From positions 81,468,001-81,532,000 of the forward strand of contig OZ320314.1 of assembly GCA_976226885.1 (NCBI GenBank): 64,000 nt of DNA. The letters run 5' to 3'. The translations under genes were made by a program, and so were the position numbers. The DNA is from Iphione sp. A-MEVVRFRX5 (lineage: Eukaryota). Shown here in pieces: positions 63,711 to 64,000 of this stretch. The stretch's first letter is position 1. The number at the start of each line of letters is the position of its first letter. The notes beneath the pieces were generated by a model, which had not been told where the DNA came from, did not search any database, and saw nothing but the letters and a program-made list of their open reading frames with translations.

Positions 63711-63727
63711 TGGCCACCAGATGGAGC
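63711..63727 (+). promoter_or_regulatory. CTCF-like motif
   Basis: TGGCCACCAGATGGAGC, one core mismatch, with the typical TGG leader. Confidence 0.4.
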
Positions 63728-64000
63728 ATGTCAACCCCACTGTTACACAATACAGACGCGTGTGGCTTGATTTAAACCCATAATTACCTAGTCTCACTGG
63801 GACCAATATAGACAAGTGATAATCACCTATAATACTTAATATCGTTTGTTTAATGCACTGAGGGGCTCGCCTTCGACAATCCTCCATACAAAGGGAATCT
63901 GTAAAGTTGACAGTGCTTCCCCATTGGGGAGAGACAACAAAGGTCTGTATGGGTTGACAAAAGCAAAGGGTCTCACTTCAGTTCTCCCTTGCGGGTGTCC

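Noticed and set aside
7100-64000. Vertebrate-style cluster of variable protocadherin exons
   Set aside because: No second cadherin-repeat ORF or recognisable DxNDN/LDRE remnant was seen in the window.
1-64000. CRISPR array, rRNA, intact tRNA, snRNA or prokaryotic operon
   Set aside because: No repeat-spacer periodicity or RNA-gene signatures were seen; the sequence is intron-type animal DNA.

Overview
Eukaryotic (animal) genomic DNA, probably a marine invertebrate and most plausibly a lophotrochozoan (inferred from the protocadherin type; not provable from this window). There is one confident protein-coding element: a minus-strand delta-type protocadherin whose signal peptide, 7 cadherin (EC) repeats, transmembrane helix and first ~75 cytoplasmic residues lie in a single ~3.05 kb exon (acceptor 7077, ATG 6765, donor after 4027). 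The remaining ~57 kb upstream has no recognisable gene. It holds a 5'-truncated CR1/L2-type LINE (48190-49278), an older LINE relic (~36050-36950), a ~530 bp fold-back/MITE (34618-35146), tRNA-derived relics, many GA/CT microsatellites, a 146-N assembly gap, and several CpG-rich patches with candidate non-coding exons and transcription-factor motif clusters. No prokaryotic-type system (CRISPR, operon) is present. Best leads: a sharp GC3 mosaic inside the protocadherin exon (possible gene-conversion footprint), a PP1-type RVxF motif next to the membrane, a splice-or-read-through choice at the exon end, a uORF cluster, several possible alternative first exons, and CTCF-like motifs across the upstream region. 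All counts were done by eye, and all regulatory calls are hypotheses.
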